Of a DNA stretch of 64,000 nt, positions 37,361 through 46,338 are shown piece after piece. The stretch spans positions 153,008-217,007 of the forward strand of contig JALFSN010000006.1 of the NCBI GenBank assembly GCA_022778805.1, written 5' to 3'. This stretch comes from Arcanobacterium sp. (GTDB lineage: Bacteria > Actinomycetota > Actinomycetes > Actinomycetales > Actinomycetaceae). A model generated the notes under the pieces. It searched no databases. It was given only the letters and a program-made list of their open reading frames with translations, and had not been told where the DNA came from. A program made the translations under genes and the position numbers. Position 1 is the stretch's first letter. Every line of letters starts with the position of its first letter.

Positions 37361-38665
37361 TCAGTACCAGCCGTTATTAATCCAGAACGAGTATGCTCCG
37401 GCATAGCCGCCGTAGCGTGAGTTCACGTAGCTATACTGCCATTTGAGCGCCGTCACTGGATCATTCCAGTTTGCCCCCAGCTTCGAGCAGGGGAGCGCCT
37501 GAACGAGTCCACATGCGCCCGAAGAACCATTGAAAGCGCTGGGATTCCACCCCGACTCGTGGCTCACGATATAGTCCGCATAGCCCCAATCAGATTGCGG
37601 AATGCCGGCAGCGGCAAGCCAGTCCGTCTTCGTTCCAGAGACTGTGCCACCTGGAGCTGCTGGGGAGGCAACCTCTGTGCGCGTGCCCACCTGCACCACT
37701 TTGTCTTGTGGAGCTTTCGTCACCGTTTCGAGCTGCACGTCTCGCTTAAATTCTTTGCCGTCGCGGTACCACACGGTAGAGGTGCGCATTCCTGCACCGT
37801 TGACACCCTCTTGCACCGTCTTTGTGGTGCCTTTCTCCAGCTCGCTCGTCTTTTCTTCACGGGTCGCAAACGCCGCAGTAAATGGTTCGGTGATCGTCTG
37901 AACGGTGACGCGGGCAATCGTCACCGCCATCCCCTCGCTCACTGTAGCCGACAGTGAAACGGACACCTCATCGTCAGCCCCGAGATAGATCCCCGCCGAG
38001 CTCAGTGCTTTACCCACGGTCTCGCCCTTGGCCGCCGTCACGACCTTCGTAGAACCGTCCACCGTGACGTTCAGCTTGACGGCGTCTGCCATGGATAGCT
38101 CTCTACTGGCAGCGTTATCGTGAGCTTTGACTGCATCGCCATCAGCGTGCGTAGCAGCTGATTTCGCAGTTGGCACTGGCTCCCCTGTGGCAGCCATAGC
38201 ACCGCCGGAAAAGCCCAGCATTGCTGCCGCAAGCGCCGCAGTAGCTACCCGCGAACGAGAGAAAAGGCCAGTGAAGCGCCGCGGCGTTTCGACCGTCACC
38301 TGGTCTATCCCCTCGGGGAGAAAACATGAATTCATGTATTCGGCGTAACTCGTCGCAGCCCCGTATGAAGATGCCGACGGAGTGACGCACGGCAGCACGG
38401 GCAGGGCCGACGCACATTCAGCTGCCGCTTGTTCCTGCGTCTCATGCGTGTGTGCGTGCTCCAGCTGCACTATCTTCTTTGCTACTTCTTCTTTAGCTTC
38501 CTTCGCCGCTTCTTGACGGCGTGCCTCTCTGCGCGAACGGCGAGCACCGCAATACGACGAGCTCAGCTCTACGCGACGAATGTCTTCACGAGCCTGAGTC
38601 ACATCCACCGATCCCGAGGCTAGCCCCGTGCTTTCGCCAGCTGCCCGAACACTGTGTCTTCCCAC
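37361..38665 (-). CDS. RpfB-like cell-wall hydrolase: DUF348 repeats + G5 domain + C-terminal Apf/transglycosylase-like domain
   Basis: It occupies the rpfB position between tatD and rsmA. A G5-like region (TKTVQEGVNGAGMRTSTVWYRDGKE) is present. The C-terminus (HESGWNPSAFNGSSGACGLVQALP...FWINNGWY) resembles aggregation-promoting-factor / SLT-like domains rather than a classical Rpf domain. Start chosen at GTG 38665 (GGAGAATAC spacing, giving GRHSVRAAG); the track ORF extends to 38758. Confidence 0.7.
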   Translation of the reverse strand: MGRHSVRAAGESTGLASGSVDVTQAREDIRRVELSSSYCGARRSRREARRQEAAKEAKEEVAKKIVQLEHAHTHETQEQAAAECASALPVLPCVTPSASSYGAATSYAEYMNSCFLPEGIDQVTVETPRRFTGLFSRSRVATAALAAAMLGFSGGAMAATGEPVPTAKSAATHADGDAVKAHDNAASRELSMADAVKLNVTVDGSTKVVTAAKGETVGKALSSAGIYLGADDEVSVSLSATVSEGMAVTIARVTVQTITEPFTAAFATREEKTSELEKGTTKTVQEGVNGAGMRTSTVWYRDGKEFKRDVQLETVTKAPQDKVVQVGTRTEVASPAAPGGTVSGTKTDWLAAAGIPQSDWGYADYIVSHESGWNPSAFNGSSGACGLVQALPCSKLGANWNDPVTALKWQYSYVNSRYGGYAGAYSFWINNGWY

Positions 38666-38833
38666 GTATTCTCCGTACTCTCCCGAGATTCTCGCGTTCG
38701 TCCTCAGATAATGCCGAGGCATGGCTGGGATGCCAGGGAAGCAAATACCCGCTTCCACTCTGCGATCGTACTTAATCCGATATTGATTGTAATCAAAATG
38801 TTACAAAGAGCAAAGCCTCGCAGATTCCCGTGG

Positions 38834-38886
38834 CTACTTTCACACGAGCTACTTCCACATGATTCACGTGAGTTACTTTCACACGA
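38834..38886. promoter_or_regulatory. Three 14-bp direct repeats (C/T)TACTT(T/C)CACA(C/T)GA in the AT-rich region upstream of the RpfB-like gene
   Basis: CTACTTTCACACGA (38834-38847), CTACTTCCACATGA (38849-38862) and TTACTTTCACACGA (38873-38886). Confidence 0.5.
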
Positions 38887-38932
38887 TTCTTTTGGATTTA
38901 GATTTAGATTCTGTACACATTTATGTTCCGTT

Positions 38933-40069
38933 TTATATCCCGTACACCGCGCGCGTATTGGCACCCAGCTGTTCGCACCAGCGATCTACGAGATCGTCAC
39001 TGACGCCCTCAGCCGCAGCCTGTACCTGCGCGGCTGTGCCCTGCGCCAGCACATTCGCCGCCTGCGCATCAAAGCGCAGCCAAGCCATAAATCGAGCAGT
39101 GTACGCCGCACCCCACGGCACATTCGGATGCCCTCTAAAGGGCATGGGCGTTAGATAAGGAGCATCCGTCTCCACCAAAATCAGCTCTGGTGGCATCGCC
39201 ATAAATGCTTCACGAAGTGCATGATTGGCATGGTACGTAATCGGCCCAGCGAAGCTCGCATACCAACCGTGCTCAGCGCAGATTGCCGCCAGCTCGGCGT
39301 CACCAGAAAAGCAGTGAAACACCGTGCGCTCCGGTGCCCCCTGCGTGAGCAGTATCTCCACCACGTCTGCGTGCGCATCACGATCGTGAATTTGCATGGG
39401 TTTATTCAGCTCTTTTGCGAGCGCGATATGCGCACGGAACGCCTCTTTTTGCGCCTCTTTCCCGCTATCTCCAGTGCGGAAATAATCCAGACCCGTCTCC
39501 CCCACGGCAAGCACTGCCGAATCTCTCGCCATATCAGCCACTCGTTCTATAGCCGCCGCGAGCGAGAATTCCTCATGCCACGCCTGCGGCTGGGGGGCTA
39601 AACCATCTGGGCCAACGTCACGCACACCCGCGTGGAGCACCGCTTCATTTGGATGAATAGCTAACGCCGCAAAAATCGTGCCCGAGCGCCGATGAGCCAA
39701 TGCCAACGTCGACTCCAGCTCAGGAATTTCACACCCACTCGTGATAGCAGCGCGAATCCCCGCACGTTCCATCCCAGATATCAGATTGTTTTCCAGCACC
39801 GGAAAACGCCACTTGCCATCGTCAGTGAGCAATTGCTGCACGGTGGAGCTGACGCTATCGGGCTGCGGCCTCTCCCCGCTGCCCAAATCTTGTATGTCAG
39901 CCAACTTCTCCTTGCCAACCAAGCTTTCTCTGCCCGCTGCCCCCTGTGCGCCCGCCAGTCTCTCCCCGTCCGCCGCTTGTGGATCGGGATAGATATGCGT
40001 GTGGTTGTCCACAATTGGCACCGCCAAACGCGGCGGTATATCTGGCACGTTGAGTTTCTTTTTCCCCAT
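38933..40069 (-). CDS. TatD family metal-dependent hydrolase/DNase (with N-terminal insertion)
   Basis: 378 aa with VDNHTHI, EIGLD-like GETGLDYF and HCFSGD motifs. Conserved metG-tatD-rpfB order. Confidence 0.85.
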   Translation of the reverse strand: MGKKKLNVPDIPPRLAVPIVDNHTHIYPDPQAADGERLAGAQGAAGRESLVGKEKLADIQDLGSGERPQPDSVSSTVQQLLTDDGKWRFPVLENNLISGMERAGIRAAITSGCEIPELESTLALAHRRSGTIFAALAIHPNEAVLHAGVRDVGPDGLAPQPQAWHEEFSLAAAIERVADMARDSAVLAVGETGLDYFRTGDSGKEAQKEAFRAHIALAKELNKPMQIHDRDAHADVVEILLTQGAPERTVFHCFSGDAELAAICAEHGWYASFAGPITYHANHALREAFMAMPPELILVETDAPYLTPMPFRGHPNVPWGAAYTARFMAWLRFDAQAANVLAQGTAAQVQAAAEGVSDDLVDRWCEQLGANTRAVYGI

Positions 40070-40111
40070 GATTCTACCGAGATTCAGTTACCGAGGTCAG
40101 TATCGCACTGC

Positions 40112-40149
40112 GGTGCACCTCGCTCTTATGAGGCCTTACGAGGTGCACC
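40112..40149. other. Perfect 11-bp GC-rich stem-loop between metG and tatD
   Basis: GGTGCACCTCG - 16 nt - CGAGGTGCACC, with no U-tract on either strand. Confidence 0.4.
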
Positions 40150-40184
40150 CTGCTCTCACACAGAAGCATCACTACGCACAAGCG

Positions 40185-41999
40185 TCACTCGCCCAGACCG
40201 AGGCGCTCCAACTCCTCAGTCACCACCGAATCGTCCAGCTTCGCAAACACCGGTTGAGGCTTAGCGATGGGGGTGCCCGCTATCACGTCACGAGATTCCC
40301 ACGCTCGCACGTGGGAATAGTCGCCAGTGATAATCGGATATGGATGCCCATTATCGAGATCTTCTGCTTCCACGAGCTGCGGCATAGGGGCGATATCCCC
40401 AGCGCCACCGAGCACCGCATCAATCGCATTGGAAGAATGAGGCAAGAAAACGCTCATCATCGTATTGAGATCAGAGACGGCCTGCGCCAGCACGTTGAGC
40501 ACCGTGCCGAGCCGCTCGCGCAGCGCTGGGTCTTTCATCTTGAACGGTTCGGTGCGGCTCACGTAGGTGTTGGCTTCACCCACTAGCCGCATAATTTCAG
40601 TGAGGGCAGCGCGCTGCTGGTGCGCACCAATCAATCCGCCAACTTTCTCAAAGCCAGCAGTGACGGCGCCGAGCAGCTCTCTATCGATTTCCTCCAGTTC
40701 GCCTCGCGGCGGAATTTCGCCAAAGTTCTTGGCAATCATAGCTGCCGTGCGATTGACGAGATTACCCCAGCCAGCCACCAGCTCTGAATTGTTGCGGCGC
40801 ACGAACTCTTCCCACGTGAAATCTGAATCGCTCGTTTCCGGCCCTGCAATGGAGATGAAATACCGCAGCGCATCGGGCTGATAGCGGGAGAGCACATCGC
40901 GCACATAGATCACCACGTTTTTCGAGGAGCTAAATTTTTTGCCCTCCATCGTCAAAAACTCGCTCGCCACCACTTGCGTGGGCAGATTGAGCTTTCCAAA
41001 TTCTCCAGGCTCTCCGCCGCGTGCGCCCTCACCGTTGTATGCAAGCAGCTCAGCTGGCCAAATCTGAGAGTGGAACACGATGTTGTCTTTACCCATGAAG
41101 TAGTAGGTGAGCGCCTCAGGATCGTTCCACCAGTCGCGCCAATCATCCACGCTGCCCACACCCGCTTTGGCACGGCGCCGTGCCCACTCAATTGAAGCAC
41201 TCAGATAGCCAATCACCGCATCAAACCACACATAGAGGCGCTTATTCGGCTGATCTTCCCAGCCTGGCACCGGAATTCCCCACGAGATATCGCGGCTCAT
41301 AGCGCGCGGGCGCACATCCTCAAGCAGATGCTTCGAGAAAGCAATCACGTTTGGTCGCCATTTCCCGCTCTCATCCACTTCTTCCAGCCATTCTCCGAGC
41401 CGTTCAGCGAGCGCGGGAAGGTCGAGGAAGTAGTGCTCTGTGGTTTTGAATTCTGGCGTCTGCCCAGAGATTTTTGAGATCGGGTCAATCAGGTCTTGCG
41501 GGTCGAGCTGGTTGCCGCAAGTATCGCACTGATCTCCGCGCGCGCCAGCGGCGCCGCAGATTGGACACGTGCCCTCAATGTAGCGATCTGGCAGAGTGTT
41601 GCCCGTCTTTGGGTCAATGGCCACCGGCGTCTCTTGCACCACCATGTAACCGTTATCTCGGCACCCCACAAACAGCTGCTGTACCACGTGCTCGTGGTTC
41701 GCCGTCGTCGTACGGGTAAAAAGATCGTAGGAGAGGCCGAGCTTCACCAGATCTTCTACGATAATGCGGTTATTTTTATCGGCTTCTTCTTGCGGAGAAA
41801 TCCCGTCTGTATCGGCGGCCACCATAATAGGCGTGCCATGCTCATCCGTGCCAGAAACCATCAGCACATCATGTCCTGCCATACGCATGTATCGAGAAAA
41901 TACGTCAGAGGGCACACCAAAACCAGCCACATGGCCAATGTGGCGCGGGCCATTCGCATACGGCCACGCAACTGCAGAGAGAACTTTTGCCATACGCAT
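40185..41999 (-). CDS. metG: Methionine--tRNA ligase
   Basis: 604 aa with a HIGH-type motif ([11 protein letters not shown]), a KMSKS-type motif (KFSSSKN) and a Zn knuckle ([18 protein letters not shown]). The start may be ATG 41993. Confidence 0.95.
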   Translation of the reverse strand: MRMAKVLSAVAWPYANGPRHIGHVAGFGVPSDVFSRYMRMAGHDVLMVSGTDEHGTPIMVAADTDGISPQEEADKNNRIIVEDLVKLGLSYDLFTRTTTANHEHVVQQLFVGCRDNGYMVVQETPVAIDPKTGNTLPDRYIEGTCPICGAAGARGDQCDTCGNQLDPQDLIDPISKISGQTPEFKTTEHYFLDLPALAERLGEWLEEVDESGKWRPNVIAFSKHLLEDVRPRAMSRDISWGIPVPGWEDQPNKRLYVWFDAVIGYLSASIEWARRRAKAGVGSVDDWRDWWNDPEALTYYFMGKDNIVFHSQIWPAELLAYNGEGARGGEPGEFGKLNLPTQVVASEFLTMEGKKFSSSKNVVIYVRDVLSRYQPDALRYFISIAGPETSDSDFTWEEFVRRNNSELVAGWGNLVNRTAAMIAKNFGEIPPRGELEEIDRELLGAVTAGFEKVGGLIGAHQQRAALTEIMRLVGEANTYVSRTEPFKMKDPALRERLGTVLNVLAQAVSDLNTMMSVFLPHSSNAIDAVLGGAGDIAPMPQLVEAEDLDNGHPYPIITGDYSHVRAWESRDVIAGTPIAKPQPVFAKLDDSVVTEELERLGLGE

Positions 42000-42117
42000 A
42001 TCTTATAGCTAGTTTCCCCCAGCTGAGAATGCGCCAGCTCAGCCGGGAACGCGTCCGCTGAAAGCACGCGGCACCATCGCCCTGCACACCTGCGCATTCG
42101 CAGCTAGGATTGTGGAT

Positions 42118-43197
42118 ATGAACGACAACAATCGCGCACTGATTATCGTGGACGTCCAACCAACATTTTGCGAGGGGGGAGCACTCGGGGTAGACGGCGG
42201 CAATGCCGTGGCCGAGAAAATCGCTGATTTCGTCACCGAAAATGCTGACGAATACTCCTTTATCGTCACCACTCAAGATTGGCATATCAAGCCTGGCAAG
42301 CATTTTTCCGATCATCCCGATTTCGTCGATACCTGGCCTCCGCACGGCGTCGTGGGCACGCCGGAAGCTGAGCTGCACGAAGCCATCGCTTCTTTGCCGA
42401 TTGATGCATCAGTGAAAAAGGGGCAGTACGCCGCCGCTTATTCGGGATTTGAAGGCACGGACGACGACGGCGAATCACTCGAACAACTGCTGCGCGATCA
42501 AGAGATTGACGCTTTGGATATCGTGGGCATCGCCGAGAGCCACTGCGTGAAAGACACTGCGCTTGATGGGGTGCGTCTCGGATGGCCGGTGCGCGTCTTT
42601 TCCGATCTCACCGTTCCCGTGAGTGAAGAGCTAGGCGTTGAGGCTCGCCGCGAAATGGATGAAGCCGGCATCGATCAACTTCCCAGCCGCGAGGCTTTTG
42701 GCTTCTACTCCGAGCCAGACGATCAGCCAATCCCTGGCGACGACGCTTTCACCGACGATTTTGACCGCGATGACTTCGAGAGTGACAGCGATGTCCGCGA
42801 TGGCGATTTCGCCAGCACCGACGACGATTTTGCTGATACAGCATCATACGCTGATGCAGATGACTATGATGCCGAAGATGACGACGCCGACTTTGAGGAT
42901 TTCAGGGATTCCGAGGATTTCGGAGATTTCGGGGATTCTGAAAGCGTCAAGGCGCCAGGAGCCAATCTCGCCGGTGCCGGCAGCATCTATGGTGACGACG
43001 CTGAGCCAAAGCTGCCTGAACTGGGGCTAGCGGGCAGCATGTGGGGCGAGGCGTCCGGTGCTGATCTTGACGATTTCGATATCGATTTTGATATCGACGG
43101 CGCATTAGCCGAAGCTGACGATATCGATTTCTCAGACGAGGTGGACGAAGCAGATTTCGACTTTTCGGATATTAATCTCGATAATGAACTTAAATGA
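42118..43197 (+). CDS. pncA: Nicotinamidase/pyrazinamidase (isochorismatase fold) fused to a long poly-acidic C-terminal tail
   Basis: The N-terminal ~190 aa has ALIIVDVQPTFCEGGALGV, TQDWH and the catalytic-Cys region GIAESHCV. The last ~170 aa is D/E/F-rich low complexity. ATG 42118 has AGGA 8 nt upstream; the track start is GTG 42112. Confidence 0.8.
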   Translation: MNDNNRALIIVDVQPTFCEGGALGVDGGNAVAEKIADFVTENADEYSFIVTTQDWHIKPGKHFSDHPDFVDTWPPHGVVGTPEAELHEAIASLPIDASVKKGQYAAAYSGFEGTDDDGESLEQLLRDQEIDALDIVGIAESHCVKDTALDGVRLGWPVRVFSDLTVPVSEELGVEARREMDEAGIDQLPSREAFGFYSEPDDQPIPGDDAFTDDFDRDDFESDSDVRDGDFASTDDDFADTASYADADDYDAEDDDADFEDFRDSEDFGDFGDSESVKAPGANLAGAGSIYGDDAEPKLPELGLAGSMWGEASGADLDDFDIDFDIDGALAEADDIDFSDEVDEADFDFSDINLDNELK

Positions 43198-43437
43198 GCA
43201 TTCTGATGTGCCGGCGCGCATACGCAATGCCGTTCATCATCATGACGCTCATCATCACGATCACTGACGTGGCAGTGTGAGGGATTTGCACAGAGGTGTG
43301 TGCATAGCTTGCGGCGGGGGCGCGCATTTACGCAAGGAGCACTCACGCGGGGGCACACGCTCACGCAGGGCGCATTCACGCACTTCGGCCTCCCTCTCTT
43401 GCACGCAGCACGCGCAGCCGCTCATACAGGGGGAATT

Positions 43438-44754
43438 ATGGAACCGACTGGCGCTCAACACGACGTCGGCGTGGATGAACTTTTCTTCTCCACCACCGAC
43501 TCTAAAGGCATCATCGAACGTTCAAATGAAGTCTTCACTCGCCTTTCTCGTTATTCGCGCGAACAGCTGGTGGGATCGCCACATAACATCATTCGGCATC
43601 CGCTGATGCCTGGCGGGGCTTTTTACGCAATGTGGGCGGCGCTGGAAGCGGGCAAACCTTTCGCCGCCTACGTGCACAATTTAGCGGCAGACGGATCGCG
43701 CTACGACGTCTTTGCCACAATCACTCCCATGCGCGATGGCGGCTATCTCTCGGTGCGCACCCGCCCGATGGTCTCTGAGCTCTTCGCTGCTGCTGACGCC
43801 ATCTACGCCCAGGCATTCGACGCCGAAATGCTCGCTCGCAACAGCGGCAAGAATCGGCATGAGGCCGCCGTGGCCGGCGCAGAAACGATCGTGGAGCTGC
43901 TGGCTGAAGCCGGATATGGGAGCTACGACGATTTCATGTACGAGGCTCTGCCCAAAGAGGTGGCAGCGCGCGAGGCAGCCAGCGCCGGAATTGCTCGGCG
44001 TGATGACGCTTGGGGCGATGAAGCCAACATGCTTCACACCGTGCATTTCATCTTTGATGAGCTCAACTCGTGGATGGTGCAAATGGATGAACTCGCCGGA
44101 TTCTCCAGCCAGCTTCAATCGGCGAGCGATTCTCTGCACAAGCACGCCACCGAAAATGCCATACCGGATAATTTGGCGATTATGCTCACTCGGCCGGAGC
44201 TGGCCACCGTCAAACAGACGGTGGATGTGTGGCAACAGATGCAGACGATGATTAACTCCTATTTGGCTGAGCTAGCTCACTCTTTGCATGAATTGCGCTC
44301 AACCGTTGCCCAGAATCGTTTCCACATTGCGCTCAGCCGGCTTCACACAACGATGCTCGCACAATTTTTAGCGGAAGTGATTGACGGCGGAGAAGCGGCT
44401 CACACTCGGAATCGTGAAGAGATCACTCTCTTGCGTGAGACTCTTGAAGATGGAGTGACGGCGTTGGCCCGCTCCCAGAGCGATTTGCAGAATCTGCTCT
44501 CCCAAGCGGCTACCTCCATTGAAGCAGCTGTGCGAATGATTGCCATCCCCAGGCAGATGACGCCAATTATTGAAGCTCAAGCCCCTACGATGCCTCTCGA
44601 TGCACAGCCGCTCATTCCCATGATCGTCAGCACTATTGAGCAGTGGGGCAGCACGATGGAGCAGATGAGTTCACTGGCCACCATCTGCAAACAGTACACC
44701 ACTCACGACGTCACGCATTTGCTGGAGCTCATCGGCTATCTGAGCAGCAACTGA
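43438..44754 (+). CDS. Cytoplasmic Aer-type PAS domain protein with uncharacterised helical C-terminal domain
   Basis: 438 aa from ATG 43438 (AGGGGG RBS). FFSTTDSKGIIERSNEVFTRLSRYSREQLVGSPHNIIRHPLMPGGAFYAMWAALEAGKPF...GGYLSVR aligns by eye with the E. coli Aer PAS domain. No TM, HAMP, MCP, kinase or GGDEF motifs were seen downstream. Confidence 0.7.
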   Translation: MEPTGAQHDVGVDELFFSTTDSKGIIERSNEVFTRLSRYSREQLVGSPHNIIRHPLMPGGAFYAMWAALEAGKPFAAYVHNLAADGSRYDVFATITPMRDGGYLSVRTRPMVSELFAAADAIYAQAFDAEMLARNSGKNRHEAAVAGAETIVELLAEAGYGSYDDFMYEALPKEVAAREAASAGIARRDDAWGDEANMLHTVHFIFDELNSWMVQMDELAGFSSQLQSASDSLHKHATENAIPDNLAIMLTRPELATVKQTVDVWQQMQTMINSYLAELAHSLHELRSTVAQNRFHIALSRLHTTMLAQFLAEVIDGGEAAHTRNREEITLLRETLEDGVTALARSQSDLQNLLSQAATSIEAAVRMIAIPRQMTPIIEAQAPTMPLDAQPLIPMIVSTIEQWGSTMEQMSSLATICKQYTTHDVTHLLELIGYLSSN

Positions 44755-44833
44755 CCAGCACAGTGGGTACGGCAAACAGCGTGCGCACAGAAGAGCGTAC
44801 GCAACAGGACTACCCACGAGAGATTCGCCCGCG

Positions 44834-44884
44834 AAATGGCGGATTTCCGGAGGGTACAAACCCCCGAAAATCCGCCATTTTCCA
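44834..44884 (+). terminator. Intrinsic terminator after the PAS gene (shared with the convergent aminotransferase)
   Basis: Perfect 13-bp stem AAATGGCGGATTT / AAATCCGCCATTT followed by TCC on the plus strand; T residues at the stem end supply the U-tract. Confidence 0.65.
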
Positions 44885-44967
44885 GCTCGTGACGCGGCTG
44901 TCCTACGCCCAACTCACCGCGTAGATAGCGCCGCAGCCACGACCGCATCTCACCTCTGCGCGAGACC

Positions 44968-46338
44968 TCACTTCGTCACTTCGGCAAGCAGCGAATCGAG
45001 CGCATCCACATAGGCATCAATCGCCTCGTCAGTGTGCGTCACGGAGAGCGTCCACTCTTCCTCACGCCCTGGCGTCATAAAGATGCCATGATTCATATTC
45101 CAGAGCCACGCAAGCTCCGTGATGCCCACATTCTGATTCTGAATATACGATTCAAAATCAACAATCTTGTGATCAGCAAACGTCACGCAGCCCTTTGAGC
45201 CAATGCCTACGGTATAGCCAGCCACATCGTGCTTCTTCAGCACTGCATCGCAGCCTTTCACAATGCGATCATTGAGATGATCGAGATGCTTATAGGCATC
45301 CGGCGTAAGCACCTTTTCAAGCGATGCCCGAGCAGCTGCCATTGAGAGCGGATTGCCTGAATACGTGCCCACCTGGTACACCGTGTGATCTTCCACCACG
45401 CGCATGACTTCTTCGGTGCCACCAATACCGCCGGAGGGCAGACCGCCACCGAGAGCCTTAGCGAGCGTGACCATATCCGGCGTGACGCCGAACTTCTCAG
45501 TAGCGCCGCCAGCAGCAATGCACAGGCCGGTCTTCACCTCATCAAAGATCAGCACGATGCCCCACTTCTTGGTGATCTCACGTACGGCTTCTAGATAGCC
45601 TGGCTCTGGGAAGACCACGCCGAGGTTCATCATGGCAGCTTCCATAATCACACAGGCAGGGCGCCGATCTTCAGCGTCGAGCTCCTGGATGCGACGCTCC
45701 ATCGCTTCGGCGTCATTAAACGGCACCGGCACGGTGTTCCATACGGTAGACGAGGGAATACCGCCGCCGTATGGCAGCTGACGATAGTGGAAACGCGGCC
45801 CCATATCCTGATCGGTGACCACAGCAGAAACCATGACGGTATCGTGATGGCCGTGATACGAGCCGAAAATCTTCATCACGGTATCGCGGCCAGTATAGGC
45901 GCGAGCAATACGTATGGCATCCATCGTCGCCTCTGAACCGGAGTTCGTAAAGCGCCATTTTGGCAGTCCGAAACGCTGCGAGAGCAGATCAGAGACCACG
46001 AGATCATCTTCCGTGGCCGATCCGAAATGCGAACCTTTCGGCCACCGCTCAGCCAGCGCTTCACCGATAGCCGGATGGCCGTGGCCTTGCACCATTGCGC
46101 CATAGCCATTGTGGAAATCCCAGTACTCGTTGCCATCCACGTCCCAAATCTTCGGCCCTGAGCCACGGTCAATGTAGATTGGCCACGGGTCGCGCGACTG
46201 GTAGCTTGACGCTACGCCGTTGGAAAGGTGTACGGCGCTTTCAAACATCTCCTTTGATTTTTGCGTGTTGGCATTGAGGATTGCCTCTTGCTCTTCGGCG
46301 AGCTTCGCAATTTTGTTTTTGTCGAGCTCAATCGTCAT
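44968..46338 (-). CDS. Class-III (HemL-like) PLP-dependent aminotransferase
   Basis: 456 aa with a PLP-lysine context (DMVTLAKALGGGLP), FDEVKTG and SGSEATM motifs. AAGGAT RBS. Confidence 0.8.
   Translation of the reverse strand: MTIELDKNKIAKLAEEQEAILNANTQKSKEMFESAVHLSNGVASSYQSRDPWPIYIDRGSGPKIWDVDGNEYWDFHNGYGAMVQGHGHPAIGEALAERWPKGSHFGSATEDDLVVSDLLSQRFGLPKWRFTNSGSEATMDAIRIARAYTGRDTVMKIFGSYHGHHDTVMVSAVVTDQDMGPRFHYRQLPYGGGIPSSTVWNTVPVPFNDAEAMERRIQELDAEDRRPACVIMEAAMMNLGVVFPEPGYLEAVREITKKWGIVLIFDEVKTGLCIAAGGATEKFGVTPDMVTLAKALGGGLPSGGIGGTEEVMRVVEDHTVYQVGTYSGNPLSMAAARASLEKVLTPDAYKHLDHLNDRIVKGCDAVLKKHDVAGYTVGIGSKGCVTFADHKIVDFESYIQNQNVGITELAWLWNMNHGIFMTPGREEEWTLSVTHTDEAIDAYVDALDSLLAEVTK

Noticed and set aside
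38500-38760. ydaO/c-di-AMP-riboswitch-like fragments (GAAUC, ACGGGG, CAGCUGGCGAAAGC, CUCGUGAAG) upstream of or within the 5' end of the RpfB-like ORF
   Set aside because: rpf-type genes often carry ydaO riboswitches, so I looked for one. The matches are short and far too compressed to form the two-fold pseudo-symmetric ydaO fold. No P1 pairing could be drawn. The region is better explained as an RBS (GGAGAATAC-GTG at 38665) plus the coding sequence for a GRHSVRAAG... N-terminus. An Infernal scan with RF00379 would settle it.
43300-43437. N-terminal extension of the PAS ORF with an apparent 5-aa peptide repeat
   Set aside because: The periodicity comes from about 15-nt DNA repeats in the promoter region. 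A good RBS and an Aer-like N-terminus begin at 43438.
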